64,000 bases of DNA from an uncultured delta proteobacterium (GCA_963827685.1 CAWHBU010000004.1:384001-448000); one strand, 5' to 3'; counted from the first letter of the stretch, positions 18,555 to 29,026 are shown. Notes: a model not told the origin generated them from the letters alone. Numbers and translations: made by a program.

Positions 18555-20357
18555 ATGATCAAGAAATTTCTTCAATCCTTTTCACCTGCTCGAATGAGGG
18601 GGGTATGGCGATGGATCGTTCTCGGGATTCTCATTGGTGTAGTATCAGGCTTTGGAGCTATCCTATTTAACTTTCTTCTCCAAAGGGGAACCCAATTCTT
18701 TATGAAAGACCTTGTAGAACTCGTTCTTCCACAGGAATTTCATGACGTTTCGTTCTTTGGCGTCCCTCTTCATCGGTGGATGATACTATGGATCCCTGCA
18801 TTGGGAGGGCTTCTCTCGGGGTTTATCGTATTCCGTTTTGCTCCTGAAACCGAAGGCCATGGAACGGATGCGATGATTGAGAGTTTTCACCGGAAAAAGG
18901 GAATTGTTCGGAAAAGGGTCCCCATTATTAAAACCATTGCATCAGCCATCACCATTGGTTCAGGAGGATCTGCAGGGAAAGAAGGTCCGATTGCCCAGAT
19001 CGGTTCAGGGTTTGCTTCCTTCTTGGCTTCTGTTTTGAAGATGGATGAACACGACCGCCGAATTATGTTACTGGCTGGAGCGGCTGGAGGGTTGGGTGCC
19101 ATTTTCAAAGCCCCTTTGGGTTCCGCCCTGTTTGCCACAGAGGTCCTCTACCGAAGACCGGAATTCGAATTCGAAGGGATTATACCCTGCATCCTTTCTT
19201 CGATTGTGGGCTACACAGTTTTTACGCTTTATTATGGATGGGGTACCCTCTTTCACATCCCCAGATTTCCCTTTACCCCTCTAAGCGAACTCTTCTTCTA
19301 CGGCGTGTTTGGGGTTTTTTGTGCGGCCGTGGGTTTCTTTTACATCCATACCTTCTATGGCATGAGGGATCGATTCTTCAAAAAACTCCCTCTTTCAAGG
19401 CCATTGCAGGTCGCATTGGGAGGGCTAATGCTGGGGGGTCTGGCTTTCTTTCTCCCTCAGGTTTTGGGTGGGGGGTACGACTGGATCCAGTCAGCCATTG
19501 ATGGAAAACTGGCAGTTGGGCTAATGCTGGTGTTGGTCTTTGCCAAAGTTTTTGCTACCTCCTTTACTATTAGTTCGGGGGGGAGTGGCGGTGTCTTTGC
19601 CCCATCCCTTTTCATCGGTTCGATGCTGGGCGGTTTTTATGGAAATCTCTGCTCGAAACTTTTTCCCCATTGGGTGATCCATCCGAATGCTTTTGTTTTG
19701 GTTGGAATGGGGGGATTTTTTGCTGGTGTAGCGAAAGTCCCGATTGCATCATTGATCATGGTTGCCGAGATGACAGGTGGTTACAGTTTAATTGTGCCAT
19801 TGATGATCGTTTCTACCATCTCATACCTTTTATTGGGAGAAACTTCCTTATATGAGAAGCAGGTATCCACCCGAGTTGATTCTCCAGCCCATGTCGGTGA
19901 CTTCGCTGTCGATATTTTGGATCATATTTCTGTAAAAGAGGCCCTCTCCCGGGACAGAAAGGTGGAGACGATACCGGAGGGAATGCCCTTTGAGGAAATG
20001 ATGGCGCTCATTATAGATTCAAATCAACAGACTTTTCCTGTGATCGATAACAGCGGGCGTTTAAAAGGGATTCTCTCGTTGACGGATATGCGGAGAGTAA
20101 TGCTGGAAAAAGAGCTCCATCAATTCGTCATCGCCAAAGATATTGCTACGGAGGCAGTTTTGACAGTGACACCGGAGGACAGCCTTAAGACCGCTCTGCA
20201 AAAGATGACCGAAGCTGAGATTCGTGAACTGCCGGTAGTAAGCAAAGAAAATCCGTGGAAAGTGATCTCTATGCTGAGTCGAAAGGATGTCATCCGGACC
20301 TACCATGACGAGATCGAGAGACTTAAGGTGGGAAGGACGAATGGCTTGATAGGATGA
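18555..20357 (+). CDS. ClC chloride channel/antiporter with CBS pair, copy 2
   Basis: Close paralog of 11967-13787 with the same motifs. Confidence 0.93.
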   Translation: MIKKFLQSFSPARMRGVWRWIVLGILIGVVSGFGAILFNFLLQRGTQFFMKDLVELVLPQEFHDVSFFGVPLHRWMILWIPALGGLLSGFIVFRFAPETEGHGTDAMIESFHRKKGIVRKRVPIIKTIASAITIGSGGSAGKEGPIAQIGSGFASFLASVLKMDEHDRRIMLLAGAAGGLGAIFKAPLGSALFATEVLYRRPEFEFEGIIPCILSSIVGYTVFTLYYGWGTLFHIPRFPFTPLSELFFYGVFGVFCAAVGFFYIHTFYGMRDRFFKKLPLSRPLQVALGGLMLGGLAFFLPQVLGGGYDWIQSAIDGKLAVGLMLVLVFAKVFATSFTISSGGSGGVFAPSLFIGSMLGGFYGNLCSKLFPHWVIHPNAFVLVGMGGFFAGVAKVPIASLIMVAEMTGGYSLIVPLMIVSTISYLLLGETSLYEKQVSTRVDSPAHVGDFAVDILDHISVKEALSRDRKVETIPEGMPFEEMMALIIDSNQQTFPVIDNSGRLKGILSLTDMRRVMLEKELHQFVIAKDIATEAVLTVTPEDSLKTALQKMTEAEIRELPVVSKENPWKVISMLSRKDVIRTYHDEIERLKVGRTNGLIG

Positions 20358-20428
20358 AAAAAAATCGAACTTCAACACGTTTATTTGCTTTCATCCGTCA
20401 AGTAAGAAGCCAAAACAGGTGAAGTACA

Positions 20429-21283
20429 TTGAAATCATTCAATCGGAGAAAGGAAGTCCTAAACAAACTTCATCTCGCGTGGAAAGCATTAAAGAAGTTT
20501 GATGATGACCGCGGTTTTTTTCTATCCTCGGGGATCACCTTTAACCTCCTAATCTGTTTAGTCCCCCTCATGTTACTGTTTTTGTCTTTAGCCGGTATCT
20601 ACCTTCACGGTGACCGAGAAGCGATGAATCATATTCGTAGTTATTTTGAAAATGCAGTTCCTGCGTTAGATCCGAGGATAATGAAGAACATCCTTAGGAT
20701 CATACGGGACCGGAAAATTGTTGGGCTACTTGGCATCGGAGGGTTAATCTGGACCTCTACATGGGTTTTCAGTTCTTTGAGAAGTGCTCTTAATATTGTC
20801 TTCCAGGTGGAGAGGGGACGCGGAATCCTTCGAGGAAAAGCAATCGATCTTTTAATGATAATTTTGGTAATGGTCTTGTTACTGATGAGCATGGGTCTCA
20901 CTTCAGTCATTGCCTTCATCCAACAGTACGGTTTCAGTTTTTTTGTTGATTTGAGGCCGATCACTCGTTTTATCATTAAATATCTGATTCCATTCTTCTT
21001 CACTTATTGGATGTTCTTCTTGATATACGAAATCATACCGAATAAAAAAGTTCTCATTAAACCTGCTCTTCAGGCAGCTCTCTTCACTAGTTTATTCTGG
21101 GAGGTAGCAAAACAGTTGTTCGGTTGGTATGTTCTGCATCTCGGAAGATTTTCTATGGTCTATGGTTCTTTAAGCACGCTTGCCATATTTTTCTTATGGA
21201 TTTACTACTCATCGGCCATCCTCCTCATAGGAGGAGAGGTTGCCTATTCATTGGAGCAAAGCAAAAATAGAATCAATATTTGA
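20429..21283 (+). CDS. YihY/BrkB family membrane protein, copy 2
   Basis: Near-identical to 13861-14718 over the first two thirds. Confidence 0.9.
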   Translation: MKSFNRRKEVLNKLHLAWKALKKFDDDRGFFLSSGITFNLLICLVPLMLLFLSLAGIYLHGDREAMNHIRSYFENAVPALDPRIMKNILRIIRDRKIVGLLGIGGLIWTSTWVFSSLRSALNIVFQVERGRGILRGKAIDLLMIILVMVLLLMSMGLTSVIAFIQQYGFSFFVDLRPITRFIIKYLIPFFFTYWMFFLIYEIIPNKKVLIKPALQAALFTSLFWEVAKQLFGWYVLHLGRFSMVYGSLSTLAIFFLWIYYSSAILLIGGEVAYSLEQSKNRINI

Positions 21284-21635
21284 AAAACACCTATGAAGAT
21301 TAGGGCACGGAAACTGTGCGGCGCTGCATTCTTACCACCTCCACGCAAATCCTTTACCGCATGAAAGCGGGTTTCTTGGTTTCCTGATCTAATTGTCTGC
21401 AGACCAGATCGGCTCAAAATACGGTGTTTCCACCTATGAAATACAGTATTGAGCTTATTCCTTTCCCCACCATAATTTTTGAAAATATTAGAAGATCTCT
21501 GTATTTGGAGTTCCCAAGGTTTTCTATGAAGCCTTTCGCCTCATGATGCATCTTTTTGTTTTTTAATGGAGAGAAAATGATTGACGCTGGTCGACCAACC
21601 GAGTTCTAAATCAAGATTCCATAGAGGTAATTCTT

Positions 21636-22499
21636 TTGGAGAGCACGATAACAATACTTGACAGGTTCCTGCGGGGCGAATTCGTAAATCCTGCAACGCT
21701 TCTTGGAGCCCTTTTCTATGGCCTCGTATTCCTCGCCCTAGCGGGACTGGCCGCACGAGCCTTACGTCTGGCGGTAACTAACCTTCTCAAACGAGATGAG
21801 CGCCACATCCTAGACCGGACAGTTGTCTCTTTTTTGATGCAACTGGTCCAGATTGGCATCTTCCTGGTAGCTCTTATTTCTTACGCCCACCTAATTCCTG
21901 CATTGCACCACCTGGGGACTGCCCTTCTGGCTGGCGCTGGCATTGTTTCCGTTGTCATTGGGCTGGCTGCTCAGAATACGCTGGGCAATGTGATCGCTGG
22001 AATTTCTCTGTTGCTTTATAGGCCCTTTGAAGTGGGTGATCAGGTTCAGGTCAGCGCGCCTACTGGGCTGGAAGTTGGGGTGGTAGAGAGTCTCACCCTT
22101 GGCTACACCGTGCTTAAGACCTATGACAACCGTCGGGTCGTAGTGCCGAACAGCGCCATGGCTAGCCAGGTCACCATCAATCTAACCACCAAAGACCCTC
22201 GGATTATGGCGGTTGTCCCGATCGGTATTGGTTATAACGCTGACATCAATAAGGCCCGACAAATTCTCGTCGAGCTTGCCAAAACCCATCCTAGGATAGA
22301 GGAGGTGGTAGATTGCCCTGTTACTCAGTTAGGCAACTCTAATGTCGTGTTAAGTTTGCGGGTTTGGTGTGAAGATTCCGTGACGGCTCTGCAAGTGCAA
22401 TACGACGTCTATGAACAGGCAAAGGAGCACTTCGATAGGGAGGGAATCGAAATTCCGTTCCCTTATACCAATGTCGTGCTGAAAAAAGAGCAAAGGTAA
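21636..22499 (+). CDS. Small-conductance mechanosensitive channel (MscS family)
   Basis: GLAAQNTLGNVIAG, RPFEVGDQV, VVVPNS, GIEIPFP. Confidence 0.92.
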   Translation: MESTITILDRFLRGEFVNPATLLGALFYGLVFLALAGLAARALRLAVTNLLKRDERHILDRTVVSFLMQLVQIGIFLVALISYAHLIPALHHLGTALLAGAGIVSVVIGLAAQNTLGNVIAGISLLLYRPFEVGDQVQVSAPTGLEVGVVESLTLGYTVLKTYDNRRVVVPNSAMASQVTINLTTKDPRIMAVVPIGIGYNADINKARQILVELAKTHPRIEEVVDCPVTQLGNSNVVLSLRVWCEDSVTALQVQYDVYEQAKEHFDREGIEIPFPYTNVVLKKEQR

Positions 22500-22567
22500 A
22501 AAAGGAAATTCTTCAAGGGAGAAGGGAGGGAGACAAAGAGAAAGCCCTTCGTCTCTTTTGTTTTTTC

Positions 22568-23308
22568 TTGCTGGTGATCCCGGCGGGGGTAGCGGCAAGA
22601 CTGGGTGCTGTGGCGTTCCGCGGGCTAATTGCATTATTCCACATTCTGTTGTTCTTAGGAAAGTTGTCGGTGGTTTACGACGCTAATCTCCATACCGCCG
22701 TCAGTCCGTGGGGTTTGTTCATCATTTCTGTGCCTGTAGTGGGTGCCGCCGGCGTCACCTTCCTCGTCCGGAATTTTGCACCGGAAGCGAAGGCCCATGG
22801 AGTTCCGGAGGTGACGGATGCGGTTTATTATCACAAAGGCATTATTCGGCCTGTTGTTGCAGTGATTAAATCGCTAGCCTCTGCCCTTTCCCTTGGAAGC
22901 GGAGGGTCGGTTGGCCGCGAGGGGCCCATCGTCCAAATTGGGTCTTCCTTTGGTTCCACCTTGGGCCAAATTATCAGGACGCCGGTCTGGCAGCGTATTA
23001 CGTTAATCGAGGCTGGTACCGGCGGTGGAATTCCGGCTACCTTTAACACTCCGATCGGTGGGGCGCTGTCAGCGAGCGTCGTAGGGATTGGTTTTGGTTC
23101 CAGCATGTTTCGTGTCAAGGACGCCGATGAGAAGATCATGACTGAGATGCGCCTCCAACTAGTGGAACACAGTGAGCCTTTGAATGAGATTATCAAATGG
23201 CTCCAGAGCAGCCCAGTTGCATACCATTACGATACCGTAGGACACCGGCTGGTACACGGCGGGAGCAGGTTCAGCCGGCCCCATTTGATCACCCCTGATC
23301 TGATATAA
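22568..23308 (+). pseudogene. 3'-truncated ClC channel (third, unrelated lineage)
   Basis: HGVPEV, GSGGSVGREGP, TFNTPIGG, then homology is lost near 23070. Confidence 0.8.
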
Positions 23309-23330
23309 ACGCTCAGTAAGGAGGCGATAT

Positions 23331-23984
23331 ATGTCTGTAGTAACAATTCGGGGTTCTTTGGGAAGCGGGGCACCGGAAGTAGGGAGACAAGCCGCCAATA
23401 AACTTCACTTTGACTACGTTGATCGAGAGATTATTGCTGAAGTAGCTGCACGACTTCATCGGCAAGAGCAAGAGGTGATAGCGAAAGAGATGCCGGATAG
23501 TAGTCTCCTAACTCGCATCGCAGAAGCCTTGAGACGTAGTGGCGAGTGCTTTGAGGGTGCGTATTTAGCCACCTGGGAAATACGTCTGGACGATACTCGC
23601 TATTTGGCCGCACTGGAGTCTGTTGTTAAGGGACTGGCTCGAAGCCAGTCGCTGGTGATCCGAGGACGAGGTAGCCAGTTCATCTTGAAAGATTATCCCG
23701 GAGCCCTTCATGTTTTAGTGGTGGCACCGATAGAGGTACGAGTGAAGCGCGTCATGCAGAATCTCGAGCTCGACCAAGAGACGGCTAAGCGGGAGATAGA
23801 ACGTTTTGACAACAGCCGTCACGAGTTTATCAAGAGGTATTTTCACGCTGAGCTGGAAGATCCGGCATACTATGACCTAGTTATCAGCACAGAGCGTCTC
23901 AGTTTGGAGGCCGCTGCCTCAATTGTCGTCAATGCTATCTCTTTCGGAGACCGGAACATAGGCGGACAAGGTGGGACCGGTTAG
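23331..23984 (+). CDS. Cytidylate kinase-like family protein
   Basis: VVTIRGSLGSG, VIRGRGSQFIL, YYDLVIST; AAGGAGG RBS. Confidence 0.88.
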   Translation: MSVVTIRGSLGSGAPEVGRQAANKLHFDYVDREIIAEVAARLHRQEQEVIAKEMPDSSLLTRIAEALRRSGECFEGAYLATWEIRLDDTRYLAALESVVKGLARSQSLVIRGRGSQFILKDYPGALHVLVVAPIEVRVKRVMQNLELDQETAKREIERFDNSRHEFIKRYFHAELEDPAYYDLVISTERLSLEAAASIVVNAISFGDRNIGGQGGTG

Positions 23985-24037
23985 GTGAAAATTACCCGTA
24001 TCCATCATGCGCCCAGCGTTGGCTTTATGGATGTCCG

Positions 24038-24126
24038 TTATCCCGGCAAAGGTAAACCCTTCGCGAGAGGGGGAGAGAAAGTTACGGGTCTTTGATGCGA
24101 CGGCGGCCGAATTGTAGAAGGATGAA
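24038..24126 (+). promoter_or_regulatory. Cyclic di-GMP-I (GEMM) riboswitch, degenerate
   Basis: CGGCAAAGGTAAA, stem CCCTTC-GCGA-GAGGGG (GNRA loop), AAAG, GTTACGGGTC...CCGAATTG; T run downstream at 24143-24149. Confidence 0.55.
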
Positions 24127-24328
24127 TTCCTGGCAATCCGTCTTTTTTTCTTGATGGATCCATTCGTGTATTGAGTGAATAGGAGGGCGGAAGAGCCTAA
24201 ACAGCAAAGGCCGGGGTCAGAAATGGTTAATCTTCAGAATAATCTTAAAGTGGACTTCTGTAAGTGTAATTCATAAAAAGAGGGCACCGAATTTTGGTGT
24301 CCTCGGGCATCCGCTGAGGGTGAGCTAA

Positions 24329-25471
24329 ATGAAGAGGAACTTATTTGGGGGTATAAACGAATACCTTAGCAGGCAGTCCAAACCATTCTTCATAGCATCA
24401 GGATTTGTCGCTATCCTCTTCATAGGCGTTGTTGATTACATAACAGGAACAGACCTGAATATCTCGATATTCTATGTATTACCGATTTGTTTCATGGTCT
24501 GGTTTGGAAATATGAAGTGGGGAATTTATTCATCCATCTCGAGTGCCGCGATAGGTCTGACGGCTGATCTTATTTCAGGACAGACTTATTTACATCCTAT
24601 GATTATTTATTGGAACCGTGCCGTACAATTAGGTTTTTTTCTCATCATTGTTTTTATTGCGGGGACGCTTCGTAGATGGCACGGTGAATTGGAACGGCGG
24701 GTGGGGGAGCGGACTGTCGAACTTCAGAAAGCGAACGAGCGACTGGAGCAAAAAATGGAAGAACATCAACAGGCAGTGGAGGCGCTGAGGGAATCGGAGA
24801 AACAACTTCGATACCTTTCTTCCCAGCTTTTGACAGCTCAGGAGACGGAGAGAACGCGAATCTCCAGAGAGCTGCACGATGAATTGGGGCAGGCCCTCAT
24901 CGCCTTAAAGTTCCATCTGGCTTCCGTTCAAAGGAGGCTCAGGAAAGATCAGAAACCTCTTTACGATGAGCATGAACATGCACAAGAGGATATAGAACAG
25001 ATTATTGAAAATGTCCGTCGGCTTTCTCTGGATCTCTCCCCTCATGTTCTTGAAAACCTTGGCCTTTCGGCAGCCCTCCGATGGCTCGTTGACGATTGTG
25101 CCAAAAATCAGAAGATCACGGCATCCATTGATATAACGGACATCAATAATTCCTATTCAGAGAAGAGCCAAATTATTATATACAGGATCTTTCAGGAGGC
25201 TCTTACAAACATACGAAAGCATTCCCATGCTACCCATATGTCTGCCGTCATCAGCAGGAATGACGATACTATTTCTTTTTTGATCGAAGACAATGGGAAA
25301 GGATTTGATGTGAAACAGGTAATGATCAAAAATCCCATTGAAAAGGGTCTGGGTTTGGCGACGATGGAGGAACGCATACGGATGTTGGGCGGAGCCCTGG
25401 ATATCCGGAGTCAAGTGGGAGGAGGCACGAGAATAAGCTTCGCCATTCCGATAAGCAAGGAGGCAATTTGA
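24329..25471 (+). CDS. Membrane sensor histidine kinase (HisKA_3)
   Basis: N-terminal TM helices; ERTRISRELHDELGQ, QEALTNIRKHS, DNGKGF, GLGL. Confidence 0.93.
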   Translation: MKRNLFGGINEYLSRQSKPFFIASGFVAILFIGVVDYITGTDLNISIFYVLPICFMVWFGNMKWGIYSSISSAAIGLTADLISGQTYLHPMIIYWNRAVQLGFFLIIVFIAGTLRRWHGELERRVGERTVELQKANERLEQKMEEHQQAVEALRESEKQLRYLSSQLLTAQETERTRISRELHDELGQALIALKFHLASVQRRLRKDQKPLYDEHEHAQEDIEQIIENVRRLSLDLSPHVLENLGLSAALRWLVDDCAKNQKITASIDITDINNSYSEKSQIIIYRIFQEALTNIRKHSHATHMSAVISRNDDTISFLIEDNGKGFDVKQVMIKNPIEKGLGLATMEERIRMLGGALDIRSQVGGGTRISFAIPISKEAI

Positions 25472-26112
25472 AGAGGCCTCCTTATCGCATTGTATTGGCT
25501 GATGATCACACGATCGTTCGGCACGGCGTGAAGAAGATGATCGAGGAAATGGCCGATCTAACGGTCATTGGAGAAGCGAGTGACGGTCTAGAACTTCTTA
25601 GCCTCTTAAAAATCTTGGATACGGACCTGGTCATTCTTGACATCTCCATGCCCAACCTTCGAGGGATTGAAGCAACCTGCGAGCTTAAGAAGGTATTCCC
25701 TAACGTGAAAGTATTGATCTTGACCATGTATAGAGATGAGGAGTTGCTTCATCATGCAATCTCCTCCGGCGCTGATGGGTATGTACTTAAAGAGGATTCG
25801 GACAAGGAACTTTACATTGCCATAGAAAATGTTCGGCAGGGGAAACTTTACATCTCACCCCGTCTCTCTGGGGGGTTGACAGTAGAAACAAGGCAGGGAA
25901 TTTTTGAGCCCCCATTGGAGCGTCTGACTAAACGCGAAATGGAGGTCTTAAGACTTATTGCTGAATGGAAATCGAGCAAAGAGATTGCTAATCTCCTATT
26001 TATCAGCGTGCGCACCGTACAAAATCACCGCGCCAGGATAATGAGCAAGCTGGACATGAAGAAGACAGCCGACCTGGTAAAATATGCCATTCACCAAGGA
26101 TATATATCTTAA
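25468..26112 (+). CDS. NarL/LuxR family response regulator
   Basis: LADDH, LDISMP, LTKREMEVL, ISVRTVQNHR. Confidence 0.95.
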   Translation: MKRPPYRIVLADDHTIVRHGVKKMIEEMADLTVIGEASDGLELLSLLKILDTDLVILDISMPNLRGIEATCELKKVFPNVKVLILTMYRDEELLHHAISSGADGYVLKEDSDKELYIAIENVRQGKLYISPRLSGGLTVETRQGIFEPPLERLTKREMEVLRLIAEWKSSKEIANLLFISVRTVQNHRARIMSKLDMKKTADLVKYAIHQGYIS

Positions 26113-26152
26113 CAATCACCTAAATAAACCCAAGCCTTCGCAAGTTCTCAAA

Positions 26153-26172
26153 AATAAGTACTTTTACTCATT
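26153..26172. promoter_or_regulatory. Inverted heptamer site, possible NarL/LuxR-type regulator box
   Basis: AATAAGTA-CTTT-TACTCATT, 7/8 inverted match; half-sites fit TACYYMT. Confidence 0.4.
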
Positions 26173-26244
26173 CCAAGGATAGACGATTCTGGTATTCTGA
26201 TACTGGAAGGATATTTCTCATCAACCTTGAAGGAGGATTTTGGC

Positions 26245-26571
26245 ATGAGCAACAAAGAGAAGAAAAGTTTAATGAGCAAAGGCAAAGAAGAGAAAGAAGC
26301 ACCCAAAAAGACCGACAAAAATGTAGAATTCACCTTGCATGCTCCAGAGGCAACAGAGGTCTACCTTACAGGCGAATTTAACCGCTGGAGTACCAAATCC
26401 CTGCCAATGAAGAAAGATAAAGATGGGGTTTGGAGAACACAGGTCAGGCTGCTCCCTGGACGCTACGAGTACAAGCTGTTTGCGGATGACGCATGGATCG
26501 AAAACCTGCCGAATGCTCAGGCTGTTCCCAATCCCTTCGGCACGCAGAACTTCGTCATCACGGTAAAGTGA
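26245..26571 (+). CDS. Stand-alone glycogen-binding (CBM48/AMPK-beta-like) protein
   Basis: APEATEVYLTGEFNRW, GRYEYKLFAD, NPFGTQN; AGGAGG RBS. Confidence 0.9.
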   Translation: MSNKEKKSLMSKGKEEKEAPKKTDKNVEFTLHAPEATEVYLTGEFNRWSTKSLPMKKDKDGVWRTQVRLLPGRYEYKLFADDAWIENLPNAQAVPNPFGTQNFVITVK

Positions 26572-26638
26572 GAGATTCTATCAATGCCTTTTGAAGCAGG
26601 GACGCAAAGATCCCATTTAAACGCACTTCGGTGGTGGT

Positions 26639-27112
26639 TTGATGAATGTTTACGAAGTCAGAAGTGAATTGCGGAGGATGAACAAGGGGGATCTCTTTAA
26701 ATTGGTGTCGAACCAGAGAATTTTAAGATGCCTGCTCGGCGGCGGAGCCTGCGGGTTCTTTTTGCATTACAAAGGAATCAACTTTTGCATCTCAGAAATA
26801 TTAGGACAGAGCTGCCGTGTGGAGAGGTTAGCTAACTTGGAAGAAGTTTATCAAAACCAAGACGAAATCAGCTGCCCTTTGCCGCTAATGGATAGAATTG
26901 GAATAAGTTCTCTCTTACCCGGAAAGAAGGCGGTCGAATTCAAGGTTTATTGCAGAGACCCTATCAAAAAATCTATGATCTTCCTCGGGAATATCTTGGA
27001 AAGAAGAACCAAAGAGAGAAGGAACAATCTCGCGGATCTGTTAGTTAAAGCAGTCAAAGATTATTCATATTGCATAGAGGGCGCTTCCAGGATATTTCTT
27101 TTAGGGTCATAG
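26639..27112 (+). CDS. Hypothetical protein
   Basis: 157-aa ORF; no family recognised; start uncertain. Confidence 0.45.
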   Translation: MMNVYEVRSELRRMNKGDLFKLVSNQRILRCLLGGGACGFFLHYKGINFCISEILGQSCRVERLANLEEVYQNQDEISCPLPLMDRIGISSLLPGKKAVEFKVYCRDPIKKSMIFLGNILERRTKERRNNLADLLVKAVKDYSYCIEGASRIFLLGS

Positions 27113-27573
27113 TGATTAAAGAGAAGAAACAATAAAAATTCAAGGAGTTATGTGTGTAGGATTTTTCAGAATCGGTATTTTACAGAAGAATAAGATTATC
27201 TTTTCGATAGCTCTTGCAATCCGAGGGGCCCTTTTCTTCCCAATTCTTTTTCTGAGCCGGTAATAAAAACACAGGTTTTTATTAATTAGGTAACTTCTCA
27301 TTTGTCTATCCATTGATTTTCTTTCTAATACTATTATGACTGATTTTGAATTGATAAACAAACTGATTTTTTCACCTCCAAATTTCTTATCCCTAAGATA
27401 ATCACGATGAGAAAATATGGCGAGGAAACAGGACATCAACTCTCAAGGAATCGCGGGAAAATACAGCATTCCGGCACAAAAGATACGGGAATCACCTTAT
27501 TTATTTTTACAATTCTTAGTAAGAAAATAACTTTGTATTAATGTACCTAAATTAAGAGGAAAGGAGAACCATT

Positions 27574-29013
27574 ATGTTTAGGCCCAAACGTTATGTTCCT
27601 TTATTTTTCATTTTTCTTAGCTTTTTTCTGTTGTCAACGATCTCAATCTGCTTCTATTCGACTCCTGCCCAGTCTGCTGAGAAGGGAAAACCTGTTGATT
27701 TGAGCACAGCCATTATCCAGGTGGCAAAACAAAACCTCCCTGCAGTCGTCTACATCGAAGTGACCGAAAGCCAGGAAGTAACCAATCCCTTTTTACCATT
27801 TGAGAACGACCCATTTTTTCGGCGTTTCTTTGGCGTTCCTAAAATACCCAAAAAGTTCAAGCAGGAAATGAAAGGTCTCGGGTCAGGAATGATCATTGAC
27901 CCACAGGGTCACATCCTCACCAATTACCATGTGGCAGGAGGTGCAACGAAGATTGAGGTGGCATTGGCCGATGGCAGTAAATATCCGGCGAAATTGGTGG
28001 GAGGCGATCCGAAAACTGACCTGGCAGTGATACACATTTCGGCGAAGGAACGTCTTCATCATGTCACATTTGGAGATTCGGACAAAGTGGAGGTGGGAGA
28101 GTGGGTGGTCGCCATCGGAGCTCCTCGTGCCTTAGAGAAATCGGTTACACAAGGGATTATCAGCGCAAAACATTGTCGGGGAATCACTGATCCGACGGGC
28201 TATCAGGATTTTCTTCAAACCGATACAGCCATTAATCCGGGCAATAGCGGCGGTCCCCTCTTGAACCTCTACGGTGAAGTGATCGGGGTCAATGCGGCGA
28301 TTGCCACAGAATCAGGCGGTTTTGAAGGAATCGGCTTCACTATTCCCAGCAATATGGCCCAATATATTGCTAAGACCCTGATCGCCCATGGGAAGGTGGA
28401 ACGGGGTTGGCTGGGCGTAACCATTCGGGATCTGACGTCGGAACTGGCTAAGAGTGTTCATGCGGAGAGTGTTAAGGGAGCTTTGGTTGTCGATGTGGCG
28501 AAAGGAGGACCCGCAGAGAAGGCAGGGTTAAGGAAAAATGATGTGGTTATTGCTTACCGAGACAAGGAGATCCAAGATTCCAGCACATTGCGAAATGATG
28601 TAGCGGAGACTGCCATCGGCACGGAGGCGAAAATTACAGTTCTTCGTAATAGCAAAAAAGAGGAACTGACCGTTAGGATTGGAAGTTTGGAGGCTTCCAC
28701 AAAGATTCTTGCTGCCACAGTGAAGGATCGTTTAGGGGTGGAGGTGAGGTCTCCGAATTCGGGAGAGGTCAACAAATACGGTTTAAGCCCCGGTCAAGGG
28801 GTTGTGATCACCTGGGAGGATTCAAGAGGTCCTTTGAAGGAAGCCGGTTTTGAGATAGGAGACATGATCCTCGCCATCAATAACCAGGCCATCGACAGTA
28901 TGGAGAGTTTCGTGGGCTTAGTGAGTTTGCTAAAGCCAAAGGAGAAAATCTCCATGCTCGCTCTCGATCATCGGAGCGGCGACACAGGCACGGTCCAGGT
29001 GGTGGTGAGATAA
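27574..29013 (+). CDS. Do/DegP-DegQ family periplasmic serine protease with two PDZ domains
   Basis: LTNYHV, TDLAV, INPGNSGGPL, RGWLGV. Confidence 0.96.
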   Translation: MFRPKRYVPLFFIFLSFFLLSTISICFYSTPAQSAEKGKPVDLSTAIIQVAKQNLPAVVYIEVTESQEVTNPFLPFENDPFFRRFFGVPKIPKKFKQEMKGLGSGMIIDPQGHILTNYHVAGGATKIEVALADGSKYPAKLVGGDPKTDLAVIHISAKERLHHVTFGDSDKVEVGEWVVAIGAPRALEKSVTQGIISAKHCRGITDPTGYQDFLQTDTAINPGNSGGPLLNLYGEVIGVNAAIATESGGFEGIGFTIPSNMAQYIAKTLIAHGKVERGWLGVTIRDLTSELAKSVHAESVKGALVVDVAKGGPAEKAGLRKNDVVIAYRDKEIQDSSTLRNDVAETAIGTEAKITVLRNSKKEELTVRIGSLEASTKILAATVKDRLGVEVRSPNSGEVNKYGLSPGQGVVITWEDSRGPLKEAGFEIGDMILAINNQAIDSMESFVGLVSLLKPKEKISMLALDHRSGDTGTVQVVVR

Positions 29014-29026
29014 ACTTTTCAATGAG

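Noticed and set aside
26599-26640. GGGACGCAAAG, the core word of c-di-GMP-I riboswitches, followed by a CAC-TTCG-GTG hairpin
   Set aside because: No upstream GGYAAA or GNRA-capped stem and no recognisable P1/P3 pairing; may be chance.
27140-27439. 99-aa minus-strand ORF upstream of degP
   Set aside because: Lies in AT-rich promoter-like DNA with no RBS or recognisable domain.
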